Source of the DNA: Deltaproteobacteria bacterium
GTDB taxonomy: Bacteria > Desulfobacterota_D > UBA1144 > Nemesobacterales > CSP1-2
Direction of reading: 5' to 3'
Assembly: GCA_052390235.1 (NCBI GenBank)
Contig: JBQTHB010000002.1
Coordinates: 416,001-480,000, forward strand
Length of the DNA: 64,000 nucleotides
In this document: one piece after another, positions 1-9,879 of the stretch
Position numbering within the stretch: the first letter of the stretch is position 1
Layout of the letters: each line of letters begins with the position of its first letter
Notes under the pieces: model-generated
What the model saw: only the letters and a program-made list of their open reading frames with translations
Database searches by the model: none
What the model was told of the DNA's origin: nothing
Made by a program: the position numbers and the translations under genes

Positions 1-64
1 CGCGTAAAATCAGCAATTTGCTAACTGATAATCAATCGATATAAATAAAAATAATAAAATACTA

Positions 65-93
65 TTGACAAGAAATTTAATCTAATATAAGTT
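65..93 (+). promoter_or_regulatory. Putative sigma-70 promoter of peptide gene 1
   Basis: TTGACA at 65-70, 17-nt spacer, TAAGTT at 88-93 (TATAAG at 15-nt spacing); AT-rich upstream; SD GGAGGT at 117-122. Confidence 0.6.
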
Positions 94-130
94 AAAAGAT
101 AGTAAAAACTATTATAGGAGGTAGTCAGGA

Positions 131-442
131 ATGAAAAGATTAATCGCTCTTGCGGTTACATTCGCCATTGTGCTATCCAGCGTAGCTATGGCAAGCGAAC
201 TTGGTTCTGCAGATTCAAATTTCCTTTTCAGCCAGGACAGCGTTTCGGCGTCTGTAATGACTGATGGGGAAATGCAGGCAACACAGGGACAGATCATCGG
301 ACTCGACTTAGGCGGTCTCCTTGGCGGATTGCTCGGCGGCGGCGGATTGCTCGGCGGTCTGCTTGGCGGGCTTCCTCTCGTAGGCGGTCTCCTAGGTCTT
401 TTGGACGGTCTTCTCGGCGGCCTGCTTGGGGGCTTACTTTAG
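131..442 (+). CDS. Secreted Gly/Leu-rich prepropeptide 1 (signal peptide + pro-region ending EMQATQG + GGLL-repeat core)
   Basis: SD GGAGGT; Sec-type signal ending AMA; clear paralogue at 649-1029; own promoter and terminator. Confidence 0.85.
   Translation: MKRLIALAVTFAIVLSSVAMASELGSADSNFLFSQDSVSASVMTDGEMQATQGQIIGLDLGGLLGGLLGGGGLLGGLLGGLPLVGGLLGLLDGLLGGLLGGLL
305..439 (+). repeat. Degenerate 12-bp coding repeat (GGLL)n
   Basis: Repeated ggcggNctN/ttN codons encoding LGGLLGGLLGG...; synonymous variation suggests selection at the protein level. Confidence 0.7.
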
Positions 443-484
443 CGCCATCCCTAACAATAAGGTCTAGTTCTTTACTCTATCTTG

Positions 485-520
485 AGACCTCGGCGGTAAA
501 TCGCCGGGGTCTTTTTTTTT
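485..520 (+). terminator. Rho-independent terminator
   Basis: AGACCTCGGCG-loop-CGCCGGGGTCT stem followed by a T run to 520. Confidence 0.85.
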
Positions 521-586
521 GATAAATATTACCCCCCTCTTAATAAGTACTAAAGGTTATTATTAAAAGCTAAATTACTATTTTGT

Positions 587-615
587 TTGACAACGCCGCT
601 TATCCATTATAACCT
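587..615 (+). promoter_or_regulatory. Putative sigma-70 promoter of peptide gene 2
   Basis: TTGACA at 587-592, 17-nt spacer, TAACCT (TATAAC at 15-nt spacing); same layout as 65-93. Confidence 0.55.
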
Positions 616-648
616 GAATTCAATAAATCCATTTTGGGAGGTAGCGTT

Positions 649-1029
649 ATGAACAGATTCACTCTATTAGTTGTAGCGATAATGATGTCCCTTGGCTCAT
701 CGGCTATCGCAGGCGAACTTGCATCATCCGACGCCGGTTTTATCTTCGGAGGCGATAGGGTTGCCGCCGTGTCCGTAACGGATAGCGAAATGCAGGCGAC
801 CGAGGGGCAGATAATTGGGCTTCTGGGCGGAGTGCTTACCGGGGCGAGCATTTTTGTTATTCAATCTCCGGTATTTTTTACCGGCATAGGGGTTACCCCG
901 CTTGGAGTAGCCTTGGGAGTTCCGACTAACGGCGTCGTAGGCGGATTGGTAACCACCTTAGTAGGTGGGCCCGGCGGCGGCTTGCTCGGCGGTGGTTTCT
1001 TAGGCGGTCTTTTAGGCGGTCTTCTGTAA
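649..1029 (+). CDS. Secreted Gly/Leu-rich prepropeptide 2 (signal peptide + pro-region ending EMQATEG + uncharged Gly-rich core)
   Basis: ATG 649 after SD GGAGGT 637-642 (ORF track TTG 634 is too far upstream); aligns without gaps to peptide 1 over signal and pro-region. Confidence 0.85.
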   Translation: MNRFTLLVVAIMMSLGSSAIAGELASSDAGFIFGGDRVAAVSVTDSEMQATEGQIIGLLGGVLTGASIFVIQSPVFFTGIGVTPLGVALGVPTNGVVGGLVTTLVGGPGGGLLGGGFLGGLLGGLL

Positions 1030-1051
1030 TTTATTTCTCTTAGATTTGACG

Positions 1052-1080
1052 ATGCCCTGAGGGGATAACCCTTGGGGCAT
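1052..1080 (+). terminator. Stem-loop after peptide 2 (probable terminator or stabiliser)
   Basis: ATGCCCTGAGGG-loop-CCCTTGGGGCAT; no strong U-tract. Confidence 0.5.
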
Positions 1081-1253
1081 TAGTCCTCAAAATTATCTTC
1101 TCCGAAAAAATCATTTCTCTTTCGTCTAATAAAATATAAGTTGGCAACTTTGAAACCTAATCAATATTTTAAGAGTTTAACTTAGATAATGACTCATTTT
1201 CATTGTATCTGCCCAAAATTAACTGCATCTAACATTCCAAAGGAGAAAAGGTC

Positions 1254-2447
1254 ATGCCTGAAGATAACGAACTCGATGAGATTCTCGATAAGCGATTATC
1301 GGATTCTATTCTTAGCCCTCTTGAAGAGATAGTGTTCGATGCGGAAAACCATGGAAACTACGCCGAAAGCGATTTTAATCTCCCCGCCGAGCCGCAAGCC
1401 GAGTCAGCAGAGGCGCTCACCGACAACGAGTATCTGCTCAATAAAGACCTGAGGCTCATAAACACATACTTTAAGGAGGTCGGAAAGGAGTCGCTTTTCT
1501 CGCCATCCCAGGAGATGGAAATTGGCGCAAAGATTAAGAAATGCGAGAAACGGGCAAGAGAGATTCAAAAGATATTAGAACGAGGCGTATCCCCTATCCC
1601 CTCGGTCCCGGGAAAAAAGAGGTCTTCTGCTTCTAATAAAACCCTTTCCAAGCCCCAATCTCCGTCCTCTAAACGGCTTGAGAGGCTGGTGTGGCTATAC
1701 CAAGCCTATTGCCAAACCGTCTCGCGCTTCAAAAATAAGTTCGTTAAAGCAAACCTCAGGCTTGTGGCGAGCATTGCAAAGAGATTTAGCGGCAGAGGCG
1801 TGTCTTTTCTCGATTTAATCCAAGAGGGCAACATAGGGTTAATAAAAGCCGTCGAGAAATTCGATTATCAGAAAGGATATAGGTTCTCAACCTACGCCTG
1901 CTGGTGGATAAATCAGGCAATGGCAAGAGCCGTGTTTAGCCAGACGAGAACGATAAAAGTCCCATCCTATGTGCTGGAAAAAGCCGGAAAAGTTCACTAC
2001 ATCCAATCTCAGCTTGAGGAGAAAACTGGCGAAACCCCGCTTCCCGAAGAAATCGCCAAGGAAACCAATATGTCCGTCGAGAGCGTAAAGCGCACGCTCG
2101 GCGCTTATGAGCGAGTGATAAGCCTCGATGCAAGCGTCTGGTACGACGACAAAATGTCTCTTGTGGATTTTGTCCCCGACCCCAATCTCCTCCTTCCTGA
2201 CTCGCTGATAGCGGTAAATTCACTTCCCAACAAGCTCGACAGCGCCCTTATGACGCTCACTCACAGGGAGAGGGAGGTGCTGAAGATGAGGTTTGGAATC
2301 GGGTATGAAAACCCCTCCACGCTTGACGAAGTCGGCAGGCAATTTGGCCTCACTAGGGAGAGAATCCGGCAGATTGAGCGAAAAGCCCTCCAGAGGCTCA
2401 AGCGCTCTAAATCAGCCCCGATTCTAAAAAGCCTGCTCGAAATCTGA
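1254..2447 (+). CDS. RNA polymerase sigma-70 family factor (RpoD/RpoS-like, probably non-primary)
   Basis: Region 2 [41 protein letters not shown]; region 4 [28 protein letters not shown]. Confidence 0.92.
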   Translation: MPEDNELDEILDKRLSDSILSPLEEIVFDAENHGNYAESDFNLPAEPQAESAEALTDNEYLLNKDLRLINTYFKEVGKESLFSPSQEMEIGAKIKKCEKRAREIQKILERGVSPIPSVPGKKRSSASNKTLSKPQSPSSKRLERLVWLYQAYCQTVSRFKNKFVKANLRLVASIAKRFSGRGVSFLDLIQEGNIGLIKAVEKFDYQKGYRFSTYACWWINQAMARAVFSQTRTIKVPSYVLEKAGKVHYIQSQLEEKTGETPLPEEIAKETNMSVESVKRTLGAYERVISLDASVWYDDKMSLVDFVPDPNLLLPDSLIAVNSLPNKLDSALMTLTHREREVLKMRFGIGYENPSTLDEVGRQFGLTRERIRQIERKALQRLKRSKSAPILKSLLEI

Positions 2448-2538
2448 AGAATTCCCTGCTTCTACGGATAGTGCCTGCGCCGGATGTGCGGGGCTATATC
2501 TATCTGAGGGGGTTTGGGGTAATCTCTTATGCCGAGAG

Positions 2539-3195
2539 ATGAAACAGGGCGACATAGACGGTTTTATTGAGCTTCTGAGGTCAGAGTCTGCAAATTGGAA
2601 CGCCCCAGTGGTAACGCTTATGGCAGAGAGTTCGGGCGACCCTTTCCGCACTCTCATCTCGACGATACTTAGCCTCCGCACCCTTGACGCCACTACCGAA
2701 GCCGCATCCCGCAGGCTCTTTGCTCTTGCCGATACCCCTTTGGCTATGCTCGCCTTAAGCGCCAGTGAAATAGAGCGCTCCATTTATCCCGTTGGGTTCT
2801 ACAAAACTAAGGCGAAAACCGTGCTATACCTCTGCCGCGAATTAGTTGAAAAATATGACTCCAAAGTGCCTGATGACCTGGACGAATTGCTAAAATTAAA
2901 AGGCGTAGGCAGGAAAACCGCCAATTTGGTGGTTGGTCTCGGCTACGGGAAACCCTCGATTTGCGTTGACACACACGTGCATAGAATCTCCAATAGGCTA
3001 GGATACGTCAGCGCGAAAAATCCGGCGCAGACAGAGGTTGCCCTGAGGCAGAGGCTGCCGACAAAATACTGGATTGAATATAATTCCTTACTAGTGGCTT
3101 TCGGGCAATCGCTCTGCCGCCCCATATCTCCATGGTGTAGCCTGTGCGCGGTGAAAATGTACTGCGACAGAGTGGGAGTTGAAAAGAGCCGGTAG
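2539..3195 (+). CDS. nth: Endonuclease III (HhH-GPD, 4Fe-4S)
   Basis: LKGVGRKTAN HhH motif, VDTHVHRISNRLG, C-x6-C-x2-C-x5-C. Confidence 0.92.
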   Translation: MKQGDIDGFIELLRSESANWNAPVVTLMAESSGDPFRTLISTILSLRTLDATTEAASRRLFALADTPLAMLALSASEIERSIYPVGFYKTKAKTVLYLCRELVEKYDSKVPDDLDELLKLKGVGRKTANLVVGLGYGKPSICVDTHVHRISNRLGYVSAKNPAQTEVALRQRLPTKYWIEYNSLLVAFGQSLCRPISPWCSLCAVKMYCDRVGVEKSR

Positions 3196-3293
3196 ATTTT
3201 GTGCATCGCCGCCTTTGGTTTGACTATGCGGACATTCCGAATATAATTTCCTGAGCGGGGTTTTCCATAGCCGTTTGCTGTCAGGGAGGTATA

Positions 3294-3809
3294 TTGGAGT
3301 CTCTTTTTTTCTACATATTTGCCGTAGCTTCCGTGGTCGGCGCAATATTAGTAGTGTCTCATAAGAATCCTATCGCAAGCGGCATCGCGCTTGTGCTTAC
3401 GCTCTTTTCAACAGCGGCGCTTTTTGTCCTTCTTTTAGCCCACTTTATTGCCGCAGTACAGGTGCTGGTCTATGCCGGAGCGATAATGGTCTTGTTCATG
3501 TTTACGGTTATGTTTCTCAATTTAAGAGAAGACGCGCTCGAATTCGATACTCGAAATATGCCGCTCAAGCTCGGAGTGCTATTTATCATCCTTGCCGTGT
3601 TTGGCTATTTTGCGAGCGGCGCTTTTAGAAAAGGTATTGGAATGGTTCAGAGCGGGGCAGTACCTTCGATTAACGAGGATTTCGGCACGGTTCAGGGCGT
3701 AGGAGAGCTACTTTTCAGCAGTTTTATTCTTCCTTTCGAGCTTACCTCGGTACTGATACTTGTGGCAATTATAGGGGTCGTGGTGATAGCTAAGAGGAGA
3801 CTTGATTGA
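3294..3809 (+). CDS. nuoJ: NADH-quinone oxidoreductase subunit J
   Basis: AAVQVLVYAGAIMVLF and LPFELTSVLILVAIIG motifs; SD GGAGGT before TTG. Confidence 0.93.
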   Translation: MESLFFYIFAVASVVGAILVVSHKNPIASGIALVLTLFSTAALFVLLLAHFIAAVQVLVYAGAIMVLFMFTVMFLNLREDALEFDTRNMPLKLGVLFIILAVFGYFASGAFRKGIGMVQSGAVPSINEDFGTVQGVGELLFSSFILPFELTSVLILVAIIGVVVIAKRRLD

Positions 3810-4117
3810 TGACAGAAATCGGGGTCGAGCATTATCTTGTGCTTAGTATTATTCTTTTTATTATAGGCGCTTATGGTGTAATTATAAGAAAGAACCTTAT
3901 TATTGTTCTAATGTCGCTTGAGATTATGCTCAACTCTGCCAATCTCGCGTTCGTAGCGTTCTCTAGGCTCTGGGGGGATATGACGGGGCAGGTGTTTATG
4001 ATAATGGCAATTACTGTCGCTGCCGCTGAGGTAGCGGTGGGTTTAGCCCTCGTGGTCTCAATTTATAATCACAAGGGTACGCTCGATATTGACGTTCTGA
4101 AAATGTTAAAAGGCTAA
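3809..4117 (+). CDS. nuoK: NADH-quinone oxidoreductase subunit K
   Basis: LMSLEIMLNSANL, VAAAEVAVGLAL; TGATG overlap with nuoJ stop. Confidence 0.94.
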   Translation: MTEIGVEHYLVLSIILFIIGAYGVIIRKNLIIVLMSLEIMLNSANLAFVAFSRLWGDMTGQVFMIMAITVAAAEVAVGLALVVSIYNHKGTLDIDVLKMLKG

Positions 4118-4190
4118 TTCTTCATGTATTACTTCAATAGAGTTGAGTCGGCGTTTAAAATTCTGCCCCTGATTCACTGATGAGGTTAAA

Positions 4191-6164
4191 ATGATAGCGT
4201 GGATAATTTTATCTCCCCTGATAGGCGCATCGCTCAACGGACTCATCTTCGCCTCCGGCTTATGGAATCGCGTCTGCGGCGGCGGCGAGCATAGCCGCCA
4301 TTCAGAGAATAGAATTGTGAGCCTCATCGGATGCTCCGTAATTCTCATATCGGCTGTGATTTCCACGCTTGCTTTCCTGAAGCTCCTCTCCATGGCCCCC
4401 TCGGAGCGGCAAATAGTTCATGAGCTATTTACCTGGATACCGTCCGGGGATTTCTCCGTAAAATTCGACCTCCTCTTCGATACCCTGTCCTCCGTCATGG
4501 CACTGGTAATAACGTGGGTAAGTTTTCTCATTCACCTCTATTCAATCGGTTATATGCACGATGATAGAGCCTATGCCAGATACTTCACATATCTCAATGT
4601 TTTTGTCTTCTTCATGCTTATTTTAGTTCTTGGCAACAGTTTCCCTCTGATGTTTGTGGGCTGGGAAGGGGTAGGGCTAGCCTCGTACCTGCTCATCGGG
4701 TTTTGGTACGACGACCCGGAAAAGGCTTATGCCGGACGCAAGGCTTTTGTGGTTAACAGAATCGGAGATTTCGGATTTATCTTGGGGATTTTCCTAATAT
4801 TTTTCGTATTCGGCTCGGTCGGCTACGGCGATGTATTTGCCAAGGTTCTCGACGCAAATTTTATGACGGGCGTTCCCGCCGCGGCGATGACGGCTATAGC
4901 ACTCCTCCTGTTCGTCGGGGCAATGGGCAAATCCGCGCAGTTCCCGCTTTATGTCTGGCTTCCCGACGCTATGGCTGGTCCCACTCCGGTAAGCGCGCTC
5001 ATTCACGCCGCCACTATGGTTACCGCAGGCGTATATATGGTGGCTAGGTGCAACGTGATATTTACGGCATCGCCCTCTGCTCAGGCAATAGTCGTAGGAA
5101 TCGCCGCATTCACAGCCTTTATTGCCGCCACAATTGCCCTCACGCAGACGGACATCAAGAAGGTTCTCGCGTACTCCACCGTGAGCCAGCTTGGGTATAT
5201 GCTAATGGCAGTGGGCTCAGGGGCATACGTTGCCGGGATGTTTCATCTCGTAACACACGCATTTTTTAAGGCCCTGCTGTTCTTGGGTTCTGGAAGCGTA
5301 ATTCACGCCCTAGGAGGCGAGCAGGACATAAGGCGCATGGGAGGGCTTAGGAAATATCTCCCGGTAACCTCCAAGACCTTCCTCATCGGGACACTGGCGA
5401 TTTCGGGAGTTCCGTTTCTCTCCGGTTTTTTCAGTAAAGATGAAATCCTCGCCTCCCTCTACGGCAGAGGGTTTACCGCCGCTTGGCTCGTGGGGCTTGC
5501 CACGGCTGTGCTTACCGCCTTTTACATGATGCGGCTGTATTTCCTCACGTTTGAGGGCAGGTCCCGAATGGACGAGAAAACTAAGCGCCACGCCCATGAG
5601 TCTCCTCTTTCCATGACGCTTCCCCTTATGGTTCTCGCCGCGCTTTCGATTCTCGGCGGATATGTCGGCGTGCCTGAATTCATCGGCGAGGCCTTTGGAA
5701 TTCACGGCTCAAATGTGTTCGAGCATTATCTCGCCGCCTCAATTGTCATTGGCGAGGCGCCGGATGCCCACCACGCCCTCGGACACTGGACTCTGGTCGC
5801 GCTCTCTATTGCCGCCGCCCTCTTGGGGATAATTGCCGCCTACTTTATGTATATGAAACATACCCCTGTCTTTGACGATTCACCAAGCGGTATTCTCTAT
5901 AAAGGCTCTTACGGCAAGTGGTTTATAGATGAAATTTACGCGGTCTTGTTCCTGCGGCCATTTGCGGCTCTCTCAAGGGCGTCGTCGGTATTCGACGCGA
6001 GGGTCATTGATGGCATAGTGAACGGAGTCGCCTCTGTGGTTTCCGGCGCGGCGGCGATAATGCGGCTTGCTCAGACGGGCTTTATACGCTTCTATGCCGC
6101 GCTGATGGCTCTGGGGGCTGTCGTTATTATCGCCTATATTGTGATGTCGGCAGGCTCTCTCTAA
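4191..6164 (+). CDS. nuoL: NADH-quinone oxidoreductase subunit L
   Basis: GWEGVGLASYLLIGFW, NRIGD, KSAQFPLYVWLPDAMAGPTPVSALIHAATMV, HAFFKALLF. Confidence 0.95.
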   Translation: MIAWIILSPLIGASLNGLIFASGLWNRVCGGGEHSRHSENRIVSLIGCSVILISAVISTLAFLKLLSMAPSERQIVHELFTWIPSGDFSVKFDLLFDTLSSVMALVITWVSFLIHLYSIGYMHDDRAYARYFTYLNVFVFFMLILVLGNSFPLMFVGWEGVGLASYLLIGFWYDDPEKAYAGRKAFVVNRIGDFGFILGIFLIFFVFGSVGYGDVFAKVLDANFMTGVPAAAMTAIALLLFVGAMGKSAQFPLYVWLPDAMAGPTPVSALIHAATMVTAGVYMVARCNVIFTASPSAQAIVVGIAAFTAFIAATIALTQTDIKKVLAYSTVSQLGYMLMAVGSGAYVAGMFHLVTHAFFKALLFLGSGSVIHALGGEQDIRRMGGLRKYLPVTSKTFLIGTLAISGVPFLSGFFSKDEILASLYGRGFTAAWLVGLATAVLTAFYMMRLYFLTFEGRSRMDEKTKRHAHESPLSMTLPLMVLAALSILGGYVGVPEFIGEAFGIHGSNVFEHYLAASIVIGEAPDAHHALGHWTLVALSIAAALLGIIAAYFMYMKHTPVFDDSPSGILYKGSYGKWFIDEIYAVLFLRPFAALSRASSVFDARVIDGIVNGVASVVSGAAAIMRLAQTGFIRFYAALMALGAVVIIAYIVMSAGSL

Positions 6165-6194
6165 TCCTGGATGCCCCCGGTTGTCCCGGCGGTG

Positions 6195-6223
6195 TTGACT
6201 CCCGCCGCTCCCTAATTTAACCT
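6195..6223 (+). promoter_or_regulatory. Putative sigma-70 promoter giving a (near-)leaderless gltX mRNA
   Basis: TTGACT-N17-TAACCT, then 8 nt to ATG 6232; no SD. Confidence 0.55.
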
Positions 6224-6231
6224 AACGTCCC

Positions 6232-7623
6232 ATGAGCGTAAGATGCAGATTCGCCCCAAGCCCCACAGGCGCGCTTCACATAGGAGGCGCGAGGACGGCG
6301 ATATTCAACTGGCTTTTTGCAAGGCACTATGGCGGCAAATTCATACTCAGAATCGAGGACACCGACCAAGCCCGCTCTACGGATGAATCCACCGCCGAGA
6401 TACTAGATGCGATGAAATGGCTCGGACTCGACTGGGACGAGGTACCCTTCAAGCAGTCCGAGAGGCTCGCAATTTACCAGCAATACGCCCAAACACTGCT
6501 GGATGCAGGGCGAGCTTACCGATGCTACTGCACTCAGGAGGAGCTCGAGGCAAGGCGCAAACAAGCCGAATCCGAGGGGAGGGTCTATAGGTTCTCCTGT
6601 CTCTGCCCTGCGCTTCCGCCGCAAGATGGTATGCCCTTTGCGCTGAGGCTCAAAGTGGCAGATGAGGGCGAGATTGACGTTGACGATCTGGTGCGCGGCA
6701 GAATCACCTTTGATGCCAGAGATATTGACGATTTCGTCATCCAGAAAACGGACGGATTTCCAACCTACAACTTCGCCGTCGTGATAGACGACGTTACGAT
6801 GAATATCTCGCACGTCATCCGGGGCGACGACCATCTGTCGAACACCCCGAAGCAGATTGTAATTTACGAGGCGCTCGGCTTTGACGTTCCTAAATTCGCC
6901 CACGTTTCCATGATACTCGGCTCGGATAAGGCGAAGCTCAGCAAGCGGCACGGGGCTACCTCCACGGTCGCCTACAGGGAAATGGGCTACCTGCCAGGCG
7001 CGCTCGTGAATTATCTGGCGCGGCTCGGCTGGTCTCACGGCGACCAGGAAATATTCTCCCCAGAAGAGTTAGTAGAAAAATTCACGCTCGGTAACGTCGG
7101 CAAATCCCCAGCCGTGTTTAACCCCGAAAAGCTCCTCTGGCTAAACGGCTACTACATCAGAAATAAGCCCGTCGCTGAGATTGCAAATCTCCTCATCCCA
7201 TTCCTTGAGGCTAGGGGGTTTCATCCTGCGTTTGACCAGAGGCTCATAAAAATCGTAAATTCCCTCCGGGAGCGCGCCAAAACCCTCATCGAGCTTGCCG
7301 CATCGGCTGATTATTTTTTTGTGGATGAGGTTAAATTCGACGAAGCCGCCTGCAAAAAACATCTCACCCCCGACTCCCTGCCCCTCCTCAGCAAGCTGTG
7401 CGATGAAATCTCTGCGCTAGAGGATTTTGCCCCCCAAGCGCTCCAAGAGATATTCAACCGGATAATCTCCGAGGGCGGCGTCAAGATGATTCAGCTTGCC
7501 CAGCCCGTGAGGGTGTCGCTCACCGGAGGCACGGTTAGCCCCGGGATATTCGAGGTGATGGAGATTTTGGGCAGAGACGCGGCGCTGAAGAGACTTCGGG
7601 CGGCAATTTCCCTGATTGCCTGA
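6232..7623 (+). CDS. gltX: Glutamate--tRNA ligase
   Basis: RFAPSPTGALHIGG (HIGH motif), RIEDTD, KLSKRHGA (KMSKS motif). Confidence 0.96.
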   Translation: MSVRCRFAPSPTGALHIGGARTAIFNWLFARHYGGKFILRIEDTDQARSTDESTAEILDAMKWLGLDWDEVPFKQSERLAIYQQYAQTLLDAGRAYRCYCTQEELEARRKQAESEGRVYRFSCLCPALPPQDGMPFALRLKVADEGEIDVDDLVRGRITFDARDIDDFVIQKTDGFPTYNFAVVIDDVTMNISHVIRGDDHLSNTPKQIVIYEALGFDVPKFAHVSMILGSDKAKLSKRHGATSTVAYREMGYLPGALVNYLARLGWSHGDQEIFSPEELVEKFTLGNVGKSPAVFNPEKLLWLNGYYIRNKPVAEIANLLIPFLEARGFHPAFDQRLIKIVNSLRERAKTLIELAASADYFFVDEVKFDEAACKKHLTPDSLPLLSKLCDEISALEDFAPQALQEIFNRIISEGGVKMIQLAQPVRVSLTGGTVSPGIFEVMEILGRDAALKRLRAAISLIA

Positions 7624-7669
7624 TTGCGCCCCCCCGCTGTTTCGCTCAAATTGGGCGGCTAGCGAGATA

Positions 7670-8515
7670 CTATCTGCCTCTCAGAATCACAAGACCCGGC
7701 TTTCCGCGCAGATAGCCAACCAAATCCTCCTCCACGACGGCTCCTGCCGCTTTTTTAGAGGACGCGTGTCTGAGCAGTACCCTGCCGCCGCGCTTTATAA
7801 TGACCCCCGTGTGAGACACGTCGAGACCGTCAATGGCTGAGTAAATGCCCGCGTAATCTCCGGTTTTCATGCGCCTGAGCATAGGGCTGTCAATCGCCTC
7901 GGAGGGGATATAGGATATTTCTCTGTCAACGGGCGGGATTCCGGGAAGAAACGGGCTTCCGTCCGATTTTTTATTGAGCGTTTTTGTGGCTGTAACCGTT
8001 TTCGCTCCCCCAATTTCTGCTGTAACGTCCTGTATCCGCCCCGAATTGAATTCCCGCCAGTCCGTAAAAAAGTGGTTTCTAGCCTGAAACGAGACCTCGC
8101 CCGTTCGATATCGCACCGAAATGAGATGATGTTTGAAACCCTCGTAAGTTGCCGCAAGCCGCAGAGCCTCAACGTAGTCAATGTAGGTGAAGCAGTCCAT
8201 AGCCCGAAGGTTCACGACTAGCGCCTCTTCGGTCTGCGCGTCGCCGATTAAGGTCGCATCCCCGTAGGGAGTTCCCAGTAGCCGCTCCGAGATATAATCT
8301 ATTCGCGCGCCGGGGTCGGAGATTGCGGCTGACCTCTCTAGCACCGCGCCCAGTTCATACTCCGTCCATTTGCCGAGAATCTCGATCTCGCGGCTATTTG
8401 CAGGATTGACTGCGCTAGGGGAGGCGGCATTGCAATGAATGAGAGTACCTGCTAGAGCGGCGACGATAATAATCAGAATCAGCGGCTTGCTCGCCCCGTT
8501 GAGTGGATTTGTCAA
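7670..8515 (-). CDS. DUF1460 family protein (AmiA-like/NlpC-related peptidoglycan amidase-like), exported
   Basis: LGTPY, VNLRAMDCFTYIDYVEAL, RNHFFTDW, GLDVSHTG, HASS; likely TTG start at 8515 overlapping the upstream stop, followed by a hydrophobic signal. Confidence 0.8.
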   Translation of the reverse strand: MTNPLNGASKPLILIIIVAALAGTLIHCNAASPSAVNPANSREIEILGKWTEYELGAVLERSAAISDPGARIDYISERLLGTPYGDATLIGDAQTEEALVVNLRAMDCFTYIDYVEALRLAATYEGFKHHLISVRYRTGEVSFQARNHFFTDWREFNSGRIQDVTAEIGGAKTVTATKTLNKKSDGSPFLPGIPPVDREISYIPSEAIDSPMLRRMKTGDYAGIYSAIDGLDVSHTGVIIKRGGRVLLRHASSKKAAGAVVEEDLVGYLRGKPGLVILRGR

Positions 8516-9879
8516 TCTTCTCCCTCCGAATACCTGTATTCTTTCATCTTGTAGAGCAGAGACCTGAGGCTTATGCCGAGCAGTTTTGCCGCCTGCGTGC
8601 GGCTTCCTCCAGTTTTTACAAGCGCCTTTTCGATGCACGCCTTCTCGAGTTTATCCCACGCCTCGCCTAGCGTGAGGGAGTCGTACCAATAATCCCCGCG
8701 CAAATCGTCCCCTCTTGCTGACAGGTCAACTTTTGCGATGAATTCCCCATCTGATAGAATTATCGCCCGCTCGATGACGTTTTGAAGCTCCCTCACGTTC
8801 CCGCGCCACGGGTATTGGAGAATCTCGCCCATTGCCTCTTTGCTTATGCCTTTTATGCGGCGGTTCAGGCGCTCCCCAATGCTGGTGATGAAATACTCGA
8901 CGAGCGGGGGGATGTCCTCGCGCCTGTCTCGTAGCGGGGGGATGTGAATGCCAAGCACGTTTAGGCGGTAGAACAGGTCGCCTCTAAATGTGCCTAGCTC
9001 CACTGCTTCGGCGAGATTCTGGGATGTGGCGGCGATGATTCTCACGTCAACCTTGACGGTCTTAGTGTCTCCGAGCCTTCGGATTTGCTCGTCCTGAAGC
9101 GCCCTTAGGAGTTTCGGCTGCAGAGATGGGGGAAATTCTCCGAGTTCGTCGAGAAATAGGCATCCGCCGTCGGCTTCCTCGAATAGCCCTCTCTTTGGGG
9201 AATTTGCGCCGGTAAATGCCCCTTTGACGTATCCGAAAAGCTCGCTCTCAAGCAGGCTCTCAGGGATGGCGGCGCAGTTTATAGCCACAAATGGTTTCCC
9301 GCGCCTCTCGCCCTCTGAGTGTATTGCTCTGGCAAAGAGTTCTTTGCCGGTTCCGCTCTCGCCCGTGATTAGCACTGTGGTCTTGTGCTGCGCCGCTTTT
9401 TTGGCAATTTCTATCACGGATTTGATTTTATCGCTGGCGAAAATGATTTCTGAAAAGCTGTCCCCGGTGGCGGCGCGTTTGCGCAGATAAGCGTTCTCTC
9501 GCTTGAGTTTACGCCTCTCCTCAGCCATGCGCATTCTGAGTATAAGCTCGTCTGAGTGGACGGGTTTTCCAATATAGTCATCCGCCCCGTTTTTCACGGC
9601 TTCGATGGATGACTCAATAGTTCCGTAAGCCGAAATCATTATCACGACCGGCTCAAGCCCCCGGCTTCGTATCTCTCGCAGGAGCGCTAGCCCGTCCATT
9701 CCCGGCATTCTAATATCCGATACAATGAATTCAAAGTTCCCCCCCTCGTCCACGAGCCTCAGCGCCGAGAGCGCGTCCCCAACCGATTCAACCCCAAAAC
9801 CCTCGGCTTCGAGGATAATCGAAAGCGTCTCGCGTATCCCGATTTCATCGTCAACCAATAGCACTCTGCCAGCTTTCAT
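8512..9879 (-). CDS. Sigma-54-dependent response regulator (REC-AAA-Fis HTH; AtoC/ZraR/PilR-like)
   Basis: VDDE receiver, [34 protein letters not shown]-terminal HTH. Confidence 0.93.
   Translation of the reverse strand: MKAGRVLLVDDEIGIRETLSIILEAEGFGVESVGDALSALRLVDEGGNFEFIVSDIRMPGMDGLALLREIRSRGLEPVVIMISAYGTIESSIEAVKNGADDYIGKPVHSDELILRMRMAEERRKLKRENAYLRKRAATGDSFSEIIFASDKIKSVIEIAKKAAQHKTTVLITGESGTGKELFARAIHSEGERRGKPFVAINCAAIPESLLESELFGYVKGAFTGANSPKRGLFEEADGGCLFLDELGEFPPSLQPKLLRALQDEQIRRLGDTKTVKVDVRIIAATSQNLAEAVELGTFRGDLFYRLNVLGIHIPPLRDRREDIPPLVEYFITSIGERLNRRIKGISKEAMGEILQYPWRGNVRELQNVIERAIILSDGEFIAKVDLSARGDDLRGDYWYDSLTLGEAWDKLEKACIEKALVKTGGSRTQAAKLLGISLRSLLYKMKEYRYSEGED

Noticed and set aside
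305..439. CRISPR or VNTR-type DNA repeat
   Set aside because: No spacers; the repeat varies at synonymous positions and simply encodes GGLL
8516..8638. N-terminal extension of the DUF1460 ORF
   Set aside because: Overlaps the response regulator HTH coding region; TTG 8515 with an SD and signal peptide is more plausible
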